A stretch of 64,000 bases of DNA, taken from contig JAUVXW010000005.1 of assembly GCA_030603385.1 (NCBI GenBank), positions 1 through 64,000 of the forward strand, in the 5' to 3' direction. Made by a program: the position numbers and the translations under genes. This DNA comes from Promethearchaeota archaeon (GTDB taxonomy: Archaea; Asgardarchaeota; Lokiarchaeia; Sigyniarchaeales; SOKP01). This document shows positions 1 through 10,870 of this stretch, one piece after another. The notes beneath the pieces are model-generated. The model was not told the DNA's origin. It did no database searches and saw only the letters and a list, made by a program, of their open reading frames with translations. Positions within the stretch are counted from its first letter, which is position 1. Every line of letters begins with the position of its first letter.

Positions 1-104
1 ATTATTAATAATTCTCTATAATACTTATGTAATCGTTCTTTATAGTTAAACATAATATTAGAATTAAAAAAAACTGATAATTGTTTTTTAAAATTTCGGT
101 TCTC

Positions 105-1868
105 ATGGAAGATAAAGAGATTACAAAGATCCTTTGGATTAATGGTTTAAAAAACGCGGTAGAATTTGGTGGAACTCCAAATAAAAAAGCCGTTATGGGA
201 AAACTAATGGCTGAGAGAAAAGATCTAAGGCCTCAGACTAAACAAATTATCCCTTTATTAGATCAAATTCTAGAGGAAATAAAGAACCTAAATTTGGAAG
301 AACAAAAAAAGAAACTAATACAACTTGATCCAAAAGCTTTAGAAAAAAAAGAAGCAAAGACAGAAGAGGAAAAGGAGTTACCTCCATTACCAGATATTGA
401 TAAATATGAAAAAATTGTGATGCGTCTTGCTCCTTATCCGAGCGGTGCATTACATATTGGTAATGCTCGGATGATTGTATTAAACGATGAATACGTAAAA
501 AAGTATGATGGAGAACTTATATTATTTTATGATGATACGATAGGGAGCCCTAAATCTCTAAGAGATAGCCCTAAGGCAAAGTATGTTTTACCAGAAGCAT
601 ATGATTTGATTCAGGAAGGATTAAAATGGTTGGATGTGAAATATTCTAAGATTCTTTATAAAAGTGACCGTTTAGAAACCTTTTATGAATATTGTGAGAA
701 ATTAATTAACGATGATATGGCATACGTATGTTTTTGCTCTGCTAATGAATTCAGGGAAAATTATAAAAAACAGGGTAAGAATTGTCCTCATAGACAACAC
801 ACAGTAGAGAAGAATCTTACTGAATGGCAAACTATGCTCAATGGTCAATATCATGAAGGTGAGGTTGTCGTAAGATTAAAAACTGGGATGGATCAAAAAG
901 ATCCTGCTTTAAGAGATCAAATTATTATGAGAATATCAGAAGCAGAACATCCTAAAGTTGGCACAAAGTACATAGTATGGCCAATGCTCGAATTTTCATG
1001 GGCGATTGATGATCATTTAATAGGAGCTACTCACATACTTAGAGGGATAGATCTAGTAAAAGAAGGAATTATTGAAGAATTTGTATGGGATCATTTCGGC
1101 TGGAAAAAAGCTAAATTACTCTATTATGGTAGAATGAATTTTGCAGATTTGAAGTTAAGTAAAACTGATGCTCGTAACAATATCCAGAAGGGAATATACC
1201 ACGGATGGGATGATCCAAGAACCTGGAGTTTACAATCTCTCAAGAAACGAGGGATAAAACCAGAGGCTCTAAGAAAAACATTACTAGATCTCGGTATGTC
1301 TCAAACAGGGATAACGTTTTCAGTAAACTGGTTATATTCAAAAAATCAGGATATTATAGATGCTATTTCTGATAGATACTTTTTTGTCGAAAATCCAATA
1401 TCGGTTATAGTTAATGACGTTCCTTCTGATGAGTATATTGCCGAACCTTTACTCCACCCTTCAAATCCAAAAAGAGGGAAAAGAAAAATTAAATGTGTTG
1501 CAAAAAATAATCAATTGAAATTGTTTATCTCATCTTCAGATGCAGAAAAAATGAAAAAAAACCAAATCATACGGTTAAAAGATTTAATAAATATTCAGAT
1601 TAAATCTATTGATATAAGTAAGAAAATTATTCATACTTCTTTTCATAGTAAGGAACTTAATAGGCAATTTTCAATAATTCATTGGCTACCTAAAAATGAG
1701 AATATTAGAGTTTCGATTGTTAGACCTGATGGTTCTATATCAAACGGTTTAGGAGAAATGAACCTTTTAAAAATTCCTATGAATAAAACTATACAATTTG
1801 AGCGTTTTGGTTTTGTGAATCCTATTGAATTAAAAGAGAATTGTCTTTTCTGTTATTTTTCTCATTAA
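105..1868 (+). CDS. gltX: Glutamate--tRNA ligase (archaeal GluRS)
   Basis: RLAPYPSGALHIGN (HIGH motif), KLSKT (KMSKS-like), WDDPR, QFERFGF C-terminus. ATG at 105 preferred over the TTG at 81. Confidence 0.97.
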   Translation: MEDKEITKILWINGLKNAVEFGGTPNKKAVMGKLMAERKDLRPQTKQIIPLLDQILEEIKNLNLEEQKKKLIQLDPKALEKKEAKTEEEKELPPLPDIDKYEKIVMRLAPYPSGALHIGNARMIVLNDEYVKKYDGELILFYDDTIGSPKSLRDSPKAKYVLPEAYDLIQEGLKWLDVKYSKILYKSDRLETFYEYCEKLINDDMAYVCFCSANEFRENYKKQGKNCPHRQHTVEKNLTEWQTMLNGQYHEGEVVVRLKTGMDQKDPALRDQIIMRISEAEHPKVGTKYIVWPMLEFSWAIDDHLIGATHILRGIDLVKEGIIEEFVWDHFGWKKAKLLYYGRMNFADLKLSKTDARNNIQKGIYHGWDDPRTWSLQSLKKRGIKPEALRKTLLDLGMSQTGITFSVNWLYSKNQDIIDAISDRYFFVENPISVIVNDVPSDEYIAEPLLHPSNPKRGKRKIKCVAKNNQLKLFISSSDAEKMKKNQIIRLKDLINIQIKSIDISKKIIHTSFHSKELNRQFSIIHWLPKNENIRVSIVRPDGSISNGLGEMNLLKIPMNKTIQFERFGFVNPIELKENCLFCYFSH

Positions 1869-2014
1869 ATCTTTCGATCTTTAGTTTCCAAATAATACAT
1901 CAAAATATCATGATATTATGTAATTAGGTGATAAAATTTTAATAATCTAGCATAAATTTATAATGGTATAAGAATAGTTTTCTTTAGTTCTTAAAATTTT
2001 AAAGGACACTTAAT

Positions 2015-3916
2015 TTGATAGCTCACCTCCCGTGTAAGAAGTGCGGTTCTTCGTTACCAATTTTGAAAGGATCTATAGTTCAGTGTCCTTATTGTGGGGC
2101 AAAGAATTTCTACATGGAATCTTTTTACACCTTAAAATATTACATGTCAGATATACTGAATATCTCCTCATTGTATAAATCAAAAAAGGTTAAGCCTAAA
2201 GAGATTTTGAGAAGAAAAATATTAATCGAGTCTTATTTTAATGATATTAAGTCTAGTTTTAAGGAATATCGGCATTTAATAATAACTAAACTAGACTCAA
2301 TTAATGTTGACCCTGTAAAATTATTTTATTTAATTCGCGCTTCAGGAAATTTTGAGATAATCATAGATAGATTCTTGCTTAATTACTTAGAAGAGGATAC
2401 TTCTAAAAAGAGGTATCTGGAATTCAGGGATAAGGCCTATATGATTAATAAATCACTATTAGGATTATACTATAGCTATTTAGCTAAAAATTCTACTGTA
2501 TATTCTAAATGTTTTAGATTTTACCAACTTGCTGAGAACAATTATCAAAATGTTGTAGATTACTGCAAAATTACTAATTTGGAAAATTACGATCCTCATC
2601 TTTATAAAACGTGTAAGTTCTATTCTATATTAGTTAATTTCACTATTATTATAAAAAATATTTTAGATAAAAACCCAAAACTCTTTTCAGAAAAACTCGA
2701 AGATTTACTTCACGAATTAGAAGAAATCTATAAATATGATATTCACATCTACAATTTACACAAACAAATCGAAGATATTATTCAATTAGAGCGAGATACA
2801 TGTATACTATTAGAAAATATTCGAATAGATGATCCTTTTTTATTAACAGAACCTTATACTGAAGAACAAATAGTCACTACTGACGAAAATCTTAATGAAC
2901 TAAACCGTGTTAGAAATTGGATTAAAAATCTTTCTGAAAAATATCAGAAATATCAAAATAGTCTTTTAAAATTACATTCTGGGAGAATAATTAAATATTT
3001 AGGCTCTTACCGTGAAGAATTTATCACTTACAAGAATAAAAATGCTGAAAAATTCGATCAGATTTTAGGATCAATGGTTAAAAAGGCTTTAGAATCTTAT
3101 AATTACGAAACTGTTGAAGCAATAGAATCTTTAAGTCATCTGATGCAAAAAAATATATATAATGTAAATCTTATTGACAAATTTAAAATTGGGCACAACG
3201 ATTTAATTGAAATGGATGAAGTACTAAAAAATTTTGTCAATAATTTATTTAAAAAGCCACTACTTAGAAATCTGGAATCAGAATATTATAAAAAACTGAT
3301 ATCTATTATTTCTGGTAAACACACTGAATTTGATAAACACATCTTAAAATATATTAATCGAATGCTAAAGAATTTCGAAGACATAAGGAATAAAAGGGTC
3401 TTATCTCTAGAAGAACAACGAACGCAGTTTATCTCAGAAATTAAGCCCAATCTTCAAAAACTTATTGATTTAAGCTTTACGTTAAATGAGGAAATCCTAC
3501 CTTATCCCCTTTTTATTGATATTAAAACCCCTAATCAAAAACTAAGGGTAAATAACCCTGAAGTTTTAACTTTAATTATTGAAAACCCAAATATAACTGA
3601 TATTAAGAATATCAAAATTTATTTCTTCATACCGGATTCATTTCAGAATAAATTGAAATTTACTAGTATAAAAAAACTAAAAGCAAATGAGAGAAGGAAA
3701 ATTAAATCAAGAATAAATCCTAAAGAAAAGGGTATTTTTCCTTCTATTGTAATGATTGAGTACCAACATTTTAATAAAACCTTTTGGATGCCTTCAATAA
3801 AATTCAAATTAGAAGTTGAGGAAACTAGAATGTTTAGCTCTTATCCAATAGTCTATAGAGATTATTATCAAGTTCAAGCTTCTAATATTTTAAAATTTGT
3901 AAGAGGTAACATATAA
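2015..3916 (+). CDS. Hypothetical protein: N-terminal Zn-ribbon, helical middle, C-terminal Ig/CARDB-like domain
   Basis: CKKC...CPYC at the N-terminus; beta-rich C-terminus (LIIENPN...IKIYF...IKKLKANE); 633-aa ORF with TTG start. Confidence 0.6.
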   Translation: MIAHLPCKKCGSSLPILKGSIVQCPYCGAKNFYMESFYTLKYYMSDILNISSLYKSKKVKPKEILRRKILIESYFNDIKSSFKEYRHLIITKLDSINVDPVKLFYLIRASGNFEIIIDRFLLNYLEEDTSKKRYLEFRDKAYMINKSLLGLYYSYLAKNSTVYSKCFRFYQLAENNYQNVVDYCKITNLENYDPHLYKTCKFYSILVNFTIIIKNILDKNPKLFSEKLEDLLHELEEIYKYDIHIYNLHKQIEDIIQLERDTCILLENIRIDDPFLLTEPYTEEQIVTTDENLNELNRVRNWIKNLSEKYQKYQNSLLKLHSGRIIKYLGSYREEFITYKNKNAEKFDQILGSMVKKALESYNYETVEAIESLSHLMQKNIYNVNLIDKFKIGHNDLIEMDEVLKNFVNNLFKKPLLRNLESEYYKKLISIISGKHTEFDKHILKYINRMLKNFEDIRNKRVLSLEEQRTQFISEIKPNLQKLIDLSFTLNEEILPYPLFIDIKTPNQKLRVNNPEVLTLIIENPNITDIKNIKIYFFIPDSFQNKLKFTSIKKLKANERRKIKSRINPKEKGIFPSIVMIEYQHFNKTFWMPSIKFKLEVEETRMFSSYPIVYRDYYQVQASNILKFVRGNI

Positions 3917-3995
3917 TTAATTTTGAATTTAACTCTACTCAACAAACTTGAAATGTAAAGCTTTTAGTATTTAGAAATCATTTTTTATTTTAGTA

Positions 3996-5093
3996 ATGAA
4001 TGATAAAGAACTTCACAATATTGATAAGGATCAAGAACCTGTTAAGTTAGATTGGGAGTTTTGTCCCATATGTGGTCACAATCTACCAAAAATTCAAAAT
4101 CTTAAATTTTGTACCAAGTGTGGTACAAATATTAAATATATTAAAGAGCATAAAAAGTTACCAACCTCCCAAAGCCTAAACCCTTATAAATCTCAAGTGT
4201 CATATCCTCAATATCAGCCACCTTCCATTTATTATGGCCCTCCAAAAATTTCAGATGAAGAATTAATTAATAATAAAGAGCATAAATTATGGGGACCATC
4301 AATTTCGATTGGGTTGCCCTTGGGTACTTTTTTATTAATGAATTTTATACTAGGAGGATTCTTGGCCTTTTTAACATTTCTTACACTTGATTTGGATAGC
4401 CTCTATGATTTAATATCAAATTCCTATTTTATCTCCATAATTTCGATATTTGAACTAATTTTTATATTTGTTCCAGTAATATATGTACGTAAATATCTCA
4501 AGAATCCAACTGTTAAAAATGGTTTAATTCTATTAGGATTTACTTCAAGGGGTTATGATAAAAGACGTATCTTAAAAGAAGTTTTAATAGGATTAATTTT
4601 TGCTGTAATAGGGGTATTACTAGTTTTAACTGTCTCAATTCTTATAGAGTTAATTCTAGAAATACTTTTTCGAGTTGAAATAATTCAGGATACTGGTGAA
4701 TTAACAGATGATATTCTACCAATGGATATACCAAGCTTAATTGTTTTTTGTATAGTTATGATATTAGTAATCGGAACTTCAGAAGAGATACTATTCAGAG
4801 GATTTATGCAAAAAGGTTTAGTACGGAGTTTAGGTAGTAAATGGGGGATAATAATAACTGCTTTTTCATTTTCGATGATTCATCTAATTGGGATCCTATT
4901 TTTTGCCTTAGAGTCACCAATTCTCTTTTTAATTTCTTTTCTTTTGTCTTTCCTTCCTTATTTCGCAATATCATTAATGCTCGGGCTTCTTTACCACTGG
5001 AGAAATGAAAATTTAATAGCAAATATAATTTGTCATGGTGTATATAATACTTTAACAATTATTTTAGCTTATATATTTTATATTGTGTTTTGA
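3996..5093 (+). CDS. CPBP (CAAX/Abi) intramembrane metalloprotease with N-terminal double Zn-ribbon
   Basis: SEEILFRG, FSMIH and HGVYN motifs; several TM helices; CPIC...CTKC. Confidence 0.9.
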   Translation: MNDKELHNIDKDQEPVKLDWEFCPICGHNLPKIQNLKFCTKCGTNIKYIKEHKKLPTSQSLNPYKSQVSYPQYQPPSIYYGPPKISDEELINNKEHKLWGPSISIGLPLGTFLLMNFILGGFLAFLTFLTLDLDSLYDLISNSYFISIISIFELIFIFVPVIYVRKYLKNPTVKNGLILLGFTSRGYDKRRILKEVLIGLIFAVIGVLLVLTVSILIELILEILFRVEIIQDTGELTDDILPMDIPSLIVFCIVMILVIGTSEEILFRGFMQKGLVRSLGSKWGIIITAFSFSMIHLIGILFFALESPILFLISFLLSFLPYFAISLMLGLLYHWRNENLIANIICHGVYNTLTIILAYIFYIVF

Positions 5094-5124
5094 AAGAGAC
5101 TAAATTTTTATACAAATTAATCTT

Positions 5125-5979
5125 ATGACAATTTTACAGAATTTTGAAGTAATAACAAAAGGAAAAAGCGGGAACATAGGAATCGGTCTAGGAACATCTG
5201 AGTTTCATAATCGTAAAATTTTATTAGCAATTCTCAATTTCTTGGAAGAACAGTCATCAAAGATTTACATTTTTGGCAATAAGGAATCTTTAAATCACAT
5301 ACGTAAGCAAATTAATTCCAAATATAAGTCTAGTATATTTTTGATTCATTCCGAAGTACCTGAAAAGGATATTTTTGAATTCCTTGAAAATAATACAATT
5401 AATAGCGTAATTCGAGGTTCATTAAGTTCTAGTAAATTCTTAGAAAATTTAAAAGAACATTTAAATACAGAAATAATCAATAGATTAGCACTGCTTGAAA
5501 CAGTTGACGGCCATCAGTTTTTTTATGGACCTGTGGGAATAGATGAATGTAATAATGTAGAAGATAAAATTGAATTTTTAGAAAACGCAAAAAAAGAATT
5601 AGAATTATTAAATATTGAACCTAATATTAGTATCTTGAGTGGAGGTCGGCTTGGAGATATAGGAAGGGATAATAATATTGATTTATCAATCGGGATTGGA
5701 GAAAAAACTGTTGAGGTTATGAAAGAGCGATATCCAGATTTAGTTATAAATCATGATGAAATTTTAATAGAGAATGCTGTTAAAAATAAATCTAACTTAA
5801 TCATTGCTCCTGATGGAATTTCAGGGAATTTAATCTATAGAACATTAGTTCATTTAGGTGGAGGAAAAGCTTATGGAGCTATATACATGAATTTGGAAAA
5901 AACCATTATAGATACATCGAGAGTGGGTGAATTATCTGAAATTCAAGGTGCACTTCTCTTAGCTCTAGCTTTATCTTAA
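5125..5979 (+). CDS. mtxX: MtxX / methanogenesis marker protein 4 (phosphotransacylase-like fold)
   Basis: IRGSLSS, GPVGIDE, LSGGRLGDIGR, IIAPDGISGNLIYRTL and IDTSR motifs. Confidence 0.85.
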   Translation: MTILQNFEVITKGKSGNIGIGLGTSEFHNRKILLAILNFLEEQSSKIYIFGNKESLNHIRKQINSKYKSSIFLIHSEVPEKDIFEFLENNTINSVIRGSLSSSKFLENLKEHLNTEIINRLALLETVDGHQFFYGPVGIDECNNVEDKIEFLENAKKELELLNIEPNISILSGGRLGDIGRDNNIDLSIGIGEKTVEVMKERYPDLVINHDEILIENAVKNKSNLIIAPDGISGNLIYRTLVHLGGGKAYGAIYMNLEKTIIDTSRVGELSEIQGALLLALALS

Positions 5980-6090
5980 ACAATTGTTTAATTCTAATTT
6001 TTAGTTACCGTATTTTTCGTGAAATAATTTTTATCTTGTTTATCAGAGATAAACTAAAAAAAAGAAATAATAAAAATTAATAAATTAGGC

Positions 6091-6390
6091 TTAACTTATT
6101 GCTCCAAGGAAAGTAGCCAGAATGACAATTATCCCACCAAGTAATATCGAGAAGACTATCAAAGCTATTCCTAAGATACCTAAAAAAGCAGGAGTATAGT
6201 GGATAGGCCGTATACTTAAAAAAATAACCAGAACTGCGAAAATTAAACCTAAAATGCCACTTAGCATATCGTTTCCGTAATCTAATACTTCAACTCCCAT
6301 AAATTGTAATATAGCTTCTATGAAAGCTACAATCCCTCCAACCATTGCGATAGCTCGCATTGATTTATCTGTTTCTTGTATTTCGCTCAT
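6091..6390 (-). CDS. Small multi-pass membrane protein
   Basis: 99 aa, 3-4 hydrophobic Gly-rich helices. Confidence 0.7.
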   Translation of the reverse strand: MSEIQETDKSMRAIAMVGGIVAFIEAILQFMGVEVLDYGNDMLSGILGLIFAVLVIFLSIRPIHYTPAFLGILGIALIVFSILLGGIIVILATFLGAIS

Positions 6391-6577
6391 TTCAAGATCA
6401 CTAAATATTATTATTAATTTTTAATTAAGAAGAAGATTAACAAAACTTAAAAATTTATAAGAATTAACAAGTTTTCAGGTCTAATCAAATTAAATAAAAA
6501 TAAACAAGAACTTAATTATATTAATTAAAAGTCACTTTATCTTATTACATATTCTGTTATTGTAATATAGTCTAATT

Positions 6578-8089
6578 ATGCTTTCAGAACAATTTCAAGT
6601 ACTGCTTAAAACAATAGGAACCGGAGATCTCTCTCAATTTGAAGACTTTTTCTTATACTATAAAGAAATGGATTTCTTAAATTTGAATGATTCAGAAGAT
6701 TTTGAAAAAATCAGTGATAATAGAGAAAAATGTTATTATTTAGCTCTCTCTAAATTGCTTTCATTATTATCTTTATATAGATGTATGGGCGAAGAAGTAG
6801 TAATATTTAATGAATTTAACCAGTTGCTTAATTTATCTGATAAGATGGGATTTTTTATTGAAGTTAAAAAGATTCCTTTTAGATTTAAAATAATTGCTCA
6901 ATTACATATAGATGGGATTCGAAAGGGACTAATAGGTAGGATATTTGTATTTATTCGATTTTTCAATAAATATAATTTATTTGAGAGAAATTTTTCTAAA
7001 GATGAATTAGAAATAATTAAAACAATTAAAAAGAATGATAAAGCTCTCATTGCTAATTTAAAAGATTTATTTGGCCATCTATCAGATTCATTAATTTTTT
7101 ACTCATGCAAAATCATGCCTTATGATCTTCTTTTATCAAATAAAGAGAGATTAAGAGAAATTCAAAATCATCGTGAATATCGGTTAGAGTTGAGAGGAAG
7201 ATACAGTTTAGATTATTTGAAAACTTGGACTGATTGGTATATTATGTATGGATTAAGTGTGAGAAACTTAGGTTCTATACAAAAATTTATTGATAACTTA
7301 GAAAAGAATTATGATGGCAGTAAGAAAGTTCTAGAATTTGAGATCATATATCGAACCTTCTATTTTGACGATGATGAGGATCATGAATTTCATGAAATTA
7401 AAAAACATTTTGTGACTCCAGAGAACATTTTAAAAAATAAGGACAAAATTTTGGAAAAGGATAATTATAAATTTTACAGCATCTCCATGGTCCTTCTTGG
7501 TGGTTTAGGTCCACAGGGTTTAGGGTTCACCTATTCCACCCCCAGAGGAGAGATCGTTGAAATTTGTTCAGATCAAAAAGAAAATGAAGCTATCATCATA
7601 AAATTTAAGCAATATTTAAAGAGAAAATTCTTAGCTAAATTAGAAAAAGAGATGGAGAAGTTAGGTATTAAAAATATTGTTAGAAAGAAAGTAATAAACT
7701 ACCTATCTAAGACACTTAATCCTAAAAACTTAATTAGCTACTATGATAAAGATCTGATCTTAAGAAGAATAAGAAATTTTATTTATCAGATTGATGAATT
7801 TCAACAAGATTACAAATCTGAACTAAAAGATATTATATATAAAATAACTGATGCCGTTTCTATAATCCTTAGAGATATAAATCTTAAAGATCAGTTCATA
7901 ACACGAATGGACTTAGTTGAAGAAGGTAAAATTAAATCTGAGGATATCGCAAAACTGACAAGCCTAAGAGGAAAATCTCACTATGATGTTTTAAGGGAAA
8001 GATTTTTCTTTCAAAATGAAGTTAATTGGTTTTTCAAGGATTATCCTAATGAAATAAAAGAACTTAATAAAAATTTTTCAATACTCTAA
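6578..8089 (+). CDS. Conserved hypothetical protein
   Basis: 503-aa ORF with a conserved-looking core GGLGPQGLGFTYSTPRGEIVEICSD; no family recognised. Confidence 0.65.
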   Translation: MLSEQFQVLLKTIGTGDLSQFEDFFLYYKEMDFLNLNDSEDFEKISDNREKCYYLALSKLLSLLSLYRCMGEEVVIFNEFNQLLNLSDKMGFFIEVKKIPFRFKIIAQLHIDGIRKGLIGRIFVFIRFFNKYNLFERNFSKDELEIIKTIKKNDKALIANLKDLFGHLSDSLIFYSCKIMPYDLLLSNKERLREIQNHREYRLELRGRYSLDYLKTWTDWYIMYGLSVRNLGSIQKFIDNLEKNYDGSKKVLEFEIIYRTFYFDDDEDHEFHEIKKHFVTPENILKNKDKILEKDNYKFYSISMVLLGGLGPQGLGFTYSTPRGEIVEICSDQKENEAIIIKFKQYLKRKFLAKLEKEMEKLGIKNIVRKKVINYLSKTLNPKNLISYYDKDLILRRIRNFIYQIDEFQQDYKSELKDIIYKITDAVSIILRDINLKDQFITRMDLVEEGKIKSEDIAKLTSLRGKSHYDVLRERFFFQNEVNWFFKDYPNEIKELNKNFSIL

Positions 8090-8109
8090 GAATAAAATGA
8101 AAAATTGAA

Positions 8110-8213
8110 TGGGAGAGGGGGGAATTGAACCCCCGACCACTTGGCCCCCAGCCAAGTTTTAAGCCGCAAAGATTAATGCTTTGCGGTATCATACCAAGCT
8201 AGACTACCCTCCC
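8110..8213 (-). tRNA. tRNA-Pro(GGG) with 30-nt non-canonical intron at position 25/26 (8158-8187)
   Basis: Acceptor GGGAGGG/CTCTCCC-A, anticodon arm CTTGG-CTGGGGG-CCAAG, T arm GGGGG-TTCAATT-CCCCC; the extra 30 nt between D and anticodon arms form a hairpin in a BHB-like motif. Confidence 0.92.
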
Positions 8214-8326
8214 ATTTGAATAAATGAGCCATTAGCTAAAGCAGGATATTCCAAATGGGCCTTATTATAATTATATTATAAAAAATAATAAATCCTATTT
8301 ATTTTTACTCGTGATTTAAAAAAAGA

Positions 8327-9877
8327 TTAGGAATTGAATAATTTCCCTGTTTTAGATTCTTCTTCTTCGCGTAGAGGTTGTTTCATTATTTTACCTGTAG
8401 GAGTCTGTTGTAAATTGGCTCTAAATTCCACATATTTTGGGATTTTAAAATCCGCTAAATTTTTTTTACAGTAGTCAATAATTTCTTCCTCAGTAATCGA
8501 TTCACCTTCCTTTAATACAATAAATGCTTTAGGAAGTTCGCCATATATCTTATCTCGCACGCCAATAACTGTTGCTAACGACACTGATGGATGCGAATAT
8601 AATACCTCCTCAATCTCACGTGGATAAATGTTCTCTCCCCCTCTAATAATCATGTCCTTCTTTCGGTCTGTTATAAAGAAAAAACCCTCGTCGTCCATGT
8701 GACCAATATCTCCCGTATATAACCATCCATCTTTAAGCGTTTGAGCATTTGCTTCTGGGTTTTTAAAATACTCTTTCATGATATTGTCTCCTTTAATAAT
8801 GATTTCTCCTTTAGTATTTGGAGGAACATTATTACCTTTATCATCAACAATTTTCATTTCATTACCCGGTAAAGGTATGCCGATACTTCCTACTTTGCGT
8901 CTATCTTCTGTTTCTGTAGGCAAAGGATTTACTGAAGAAGCACATGTCCCTTCTGTAAGACCATATCCTTCAACAACTTTACATTTAAACGTTTTTTCAA
9001 ATTCCCTAAATACCTCTACAGGTAAGGGAGCTGCTCCACAAATTATAAATTCTAAGGAAGAAAGATCTAAATTTTCGTGTGGCATTCGAAGCAAGATAGA
9101 AAGTATCGTTGGGACAGCACTGAAGGTTGAGGCTTTATATTTTGCTACCGTTTCCCAATGGGTTTGAGCTGAAAATCCAGGCGTTAGAATACAACTAGCA
9201 CCTATCGAAAAGGGTGCCATGACAGTTACAATTTGAGCATTGACATGGAACAATGGTAAAATGAGCATAAACCGAAAATCTTCTCTAGCTTTTAGGAATT
9301 CTTGTATCATTTCTGCATTTCTACGTATATTAAAATGGGTTTGTAATACACCCTTTGGGAAGCCAGTGGTCCCGGAAGTGTACAAAATAGCAGCGACATC
9401 TTTCTTTTCTTTAATTTTTACCTTTGGGGGTGCCTCAGCTGAAGCTTTGTCCATTAATTCCCAGAAATTAAGTGTATCTTCAACAGGTTCTCCTATTACA
9501 ATCACATGTTTTAAATTGGGGAGATCGTCTTTTATTTCACTAACTATTTCCATGAATTGTGGGATGGTAACTATAGCCTTGGCTTCCGAATGACCAACCA
9601 CAAATTTAACTTCTCGAGCTTTAAACAGAGCATTTACAGGACCAGTAACCGCGCCTAATTTAGGAATTCCTAAATATAGATATACATATTCAAGCATGTT
9701 TGGTAGATAAACGCTGACTTTATCTCCCTTTCTAATTCCCAATTCATATAATAAATTCGCTACTCTATTTGTAAATTCATTCAGTTGTTTATAAGATATT
9801 GTTGTATCTTTCCAATACAAAAATACTTTTTCTTTAAATATTTCTGCTTGACTTTCTACTAATTCTCTTAGATTCAT
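8327..9877 (-). CDS. Long-chain-fatty-acid--CoA ligase (AMP-binding)
   Basis: YTSGTTGFPKG, EGYGLTE, WLYTGD, PTGKI motifs. Confidence 0.92.
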   Translation of the reverse strand: MNLRELVESQAEIFKEKVFLYWKDTTISYKQLNEFTNRVANLLYELGIRKGDKVSVYLPNMLEYVYLYLGIPKLGAVTGPVNALFKAREVKFVVGHSEAKAIVTIPQFMEIVSEIKDDLPNLKHVIVIGEPVEDTLNFWELMDKASAEAPPKVKIKEKKDVAAILYTSGTTGFPKGVLQTHFNIRRNAEMIQEFLKAREDFRFMLILPLFHVNAQIVTVMAPFSIGASCILTPGFSAQTHWETVAKYKASTFSAVPTILSILLRMPHENLDLSSLEFIICGAAPLPVEVFREFEKTFKCKVVEGYGLTEGTCASSVNPLPTETEDRRKVGSIGIPLPGNEMKIVDDKGNNVPPNTKGEIIIKGDNIMKEYFKNPEANAQTLKDGWLYTGDIGHMDDEGFFFITDRKKDMIIRGGENIYPREIEEVLYSHPSVSLATVIGVRDKIYGELPKAFIVLKEGESITEEEIIDYCKKNLADFKIPKYVEFRANLQQTPTGKIMKQPLREEEESKTGKLFNS

Positions 9878-10116
9878 TTAGATTTCCTCATATATTTTAC
9901 AATAAAAAATAGATATCCTTCTAATTAAAATTTATTCTAAGGAATTCTATAATCTAAACCAATAATTTTTATATTGTTTAAAGAGTTTTTATTCTTATTA
10001 TTTTTTCTATTTAATTATTATAATTATCTACAAGTTTTGTGAGACATTATATTAATTCTATGGAAGAGATTAACCTAAACTATTAGATATTTTAGGAACA
10101 TCATACAAAACTATGG

Positions 10117-10425
10117 TTGGTGCATAAAATTCGCTCACGTAAGCCTTTCTTAATATTTTGGCCCCAATATTTTGATGCGAAGAGAAGCCGCTCAAAGGGT
10201 AGACGATTGTCAATTAAATTTGCTATAGATAGAGTTTCTCTCAGTGATATTGCTAAAGCAGCCAGGAATTTAGGGTACAACGCTGATATTGAACAACATT
10301 ATAAGTATTCTAGAACTTGGTGGGATGATCCTGGAAGAGTAGTAATAGATGCTAAAGGAAAAAAAAAATCCAAAGTAATGCTTGAAGTTGCGAAGGAAAT
10401 TAGAAAATTACAATCAAAAAAGTAA
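10117..10425 (+). CDS. srp19: Signal recognition particle protein SRP19
   Basis: WPQYFDAKRSRSKGRR, YSRTWWDDPGRVVI, KSKVMLEVA. Confidence 0.92.
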   Translation: MVHKIRSRKPFLIFWPQYFDAKRSRSKGRRLSIKFAIDRVSLSDIAKAARNLGYNADIEQHYKYSRTWWDDPGRVVIDAKGKKKSKVMLEVAKEIRKLQSKK

Positions 10426-10435
10426 ACGATAATAC

Positions 10436-10807
10436 ATGCATGAATTCTCATTTGCGTATAATATTTTCAAGGTAGCCGAAGCTACTGCCCTAAAATATAA
10501 CGCTAAAAAAATAACTGAAGTAATTCTTGAAATAGGAGAATTAACTCTTATTGTCCCTGAATTGCTCCAACGTTCTTTTGAAATGGCTACAACTGGTTCA
10601 ATAGCTCAAGGAGCAAAATTAATAATTACAATTACGCCAGGGAAAATAAAATGTCGAGACTGTAATAAAATTTCAGCAGTTTCGTTAACTAGGGATGCCC
10701 AATTAACAGGATTACAGTTGTTTGAATGCTCCCACTGTCGAAGTAATAATACTGAAATTATCGAAGGGAAAAAAGCAAATGTAAAAAATATCAAAATTCA
10801 AGAATAA
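10436..10807 (+). CDS. hypA: Hydrogenase maturation nickel metallochaperone HypA
   Basis: N-terminal MHE, IGELT, two CxxC (CRDC, CSHC), IIEGK. Confidence 0.93.
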   Translation: MHEFSFAYNIFKVAEATALKYNAKKITEVILEIGELTLIVPELLQRSFEMATTGSIAQGAKLIITITPGKIKCRDCNKISAVSLTRDAQLTGLQLFECSHCRSNNTEIIEGKKANVKNIKIQE

Positions 10808-10870
10808 CTATTATTGTATTACAAATCGAAAATTACGTAGCAACCAATTAAGATGAGAGAAAACTTTATT

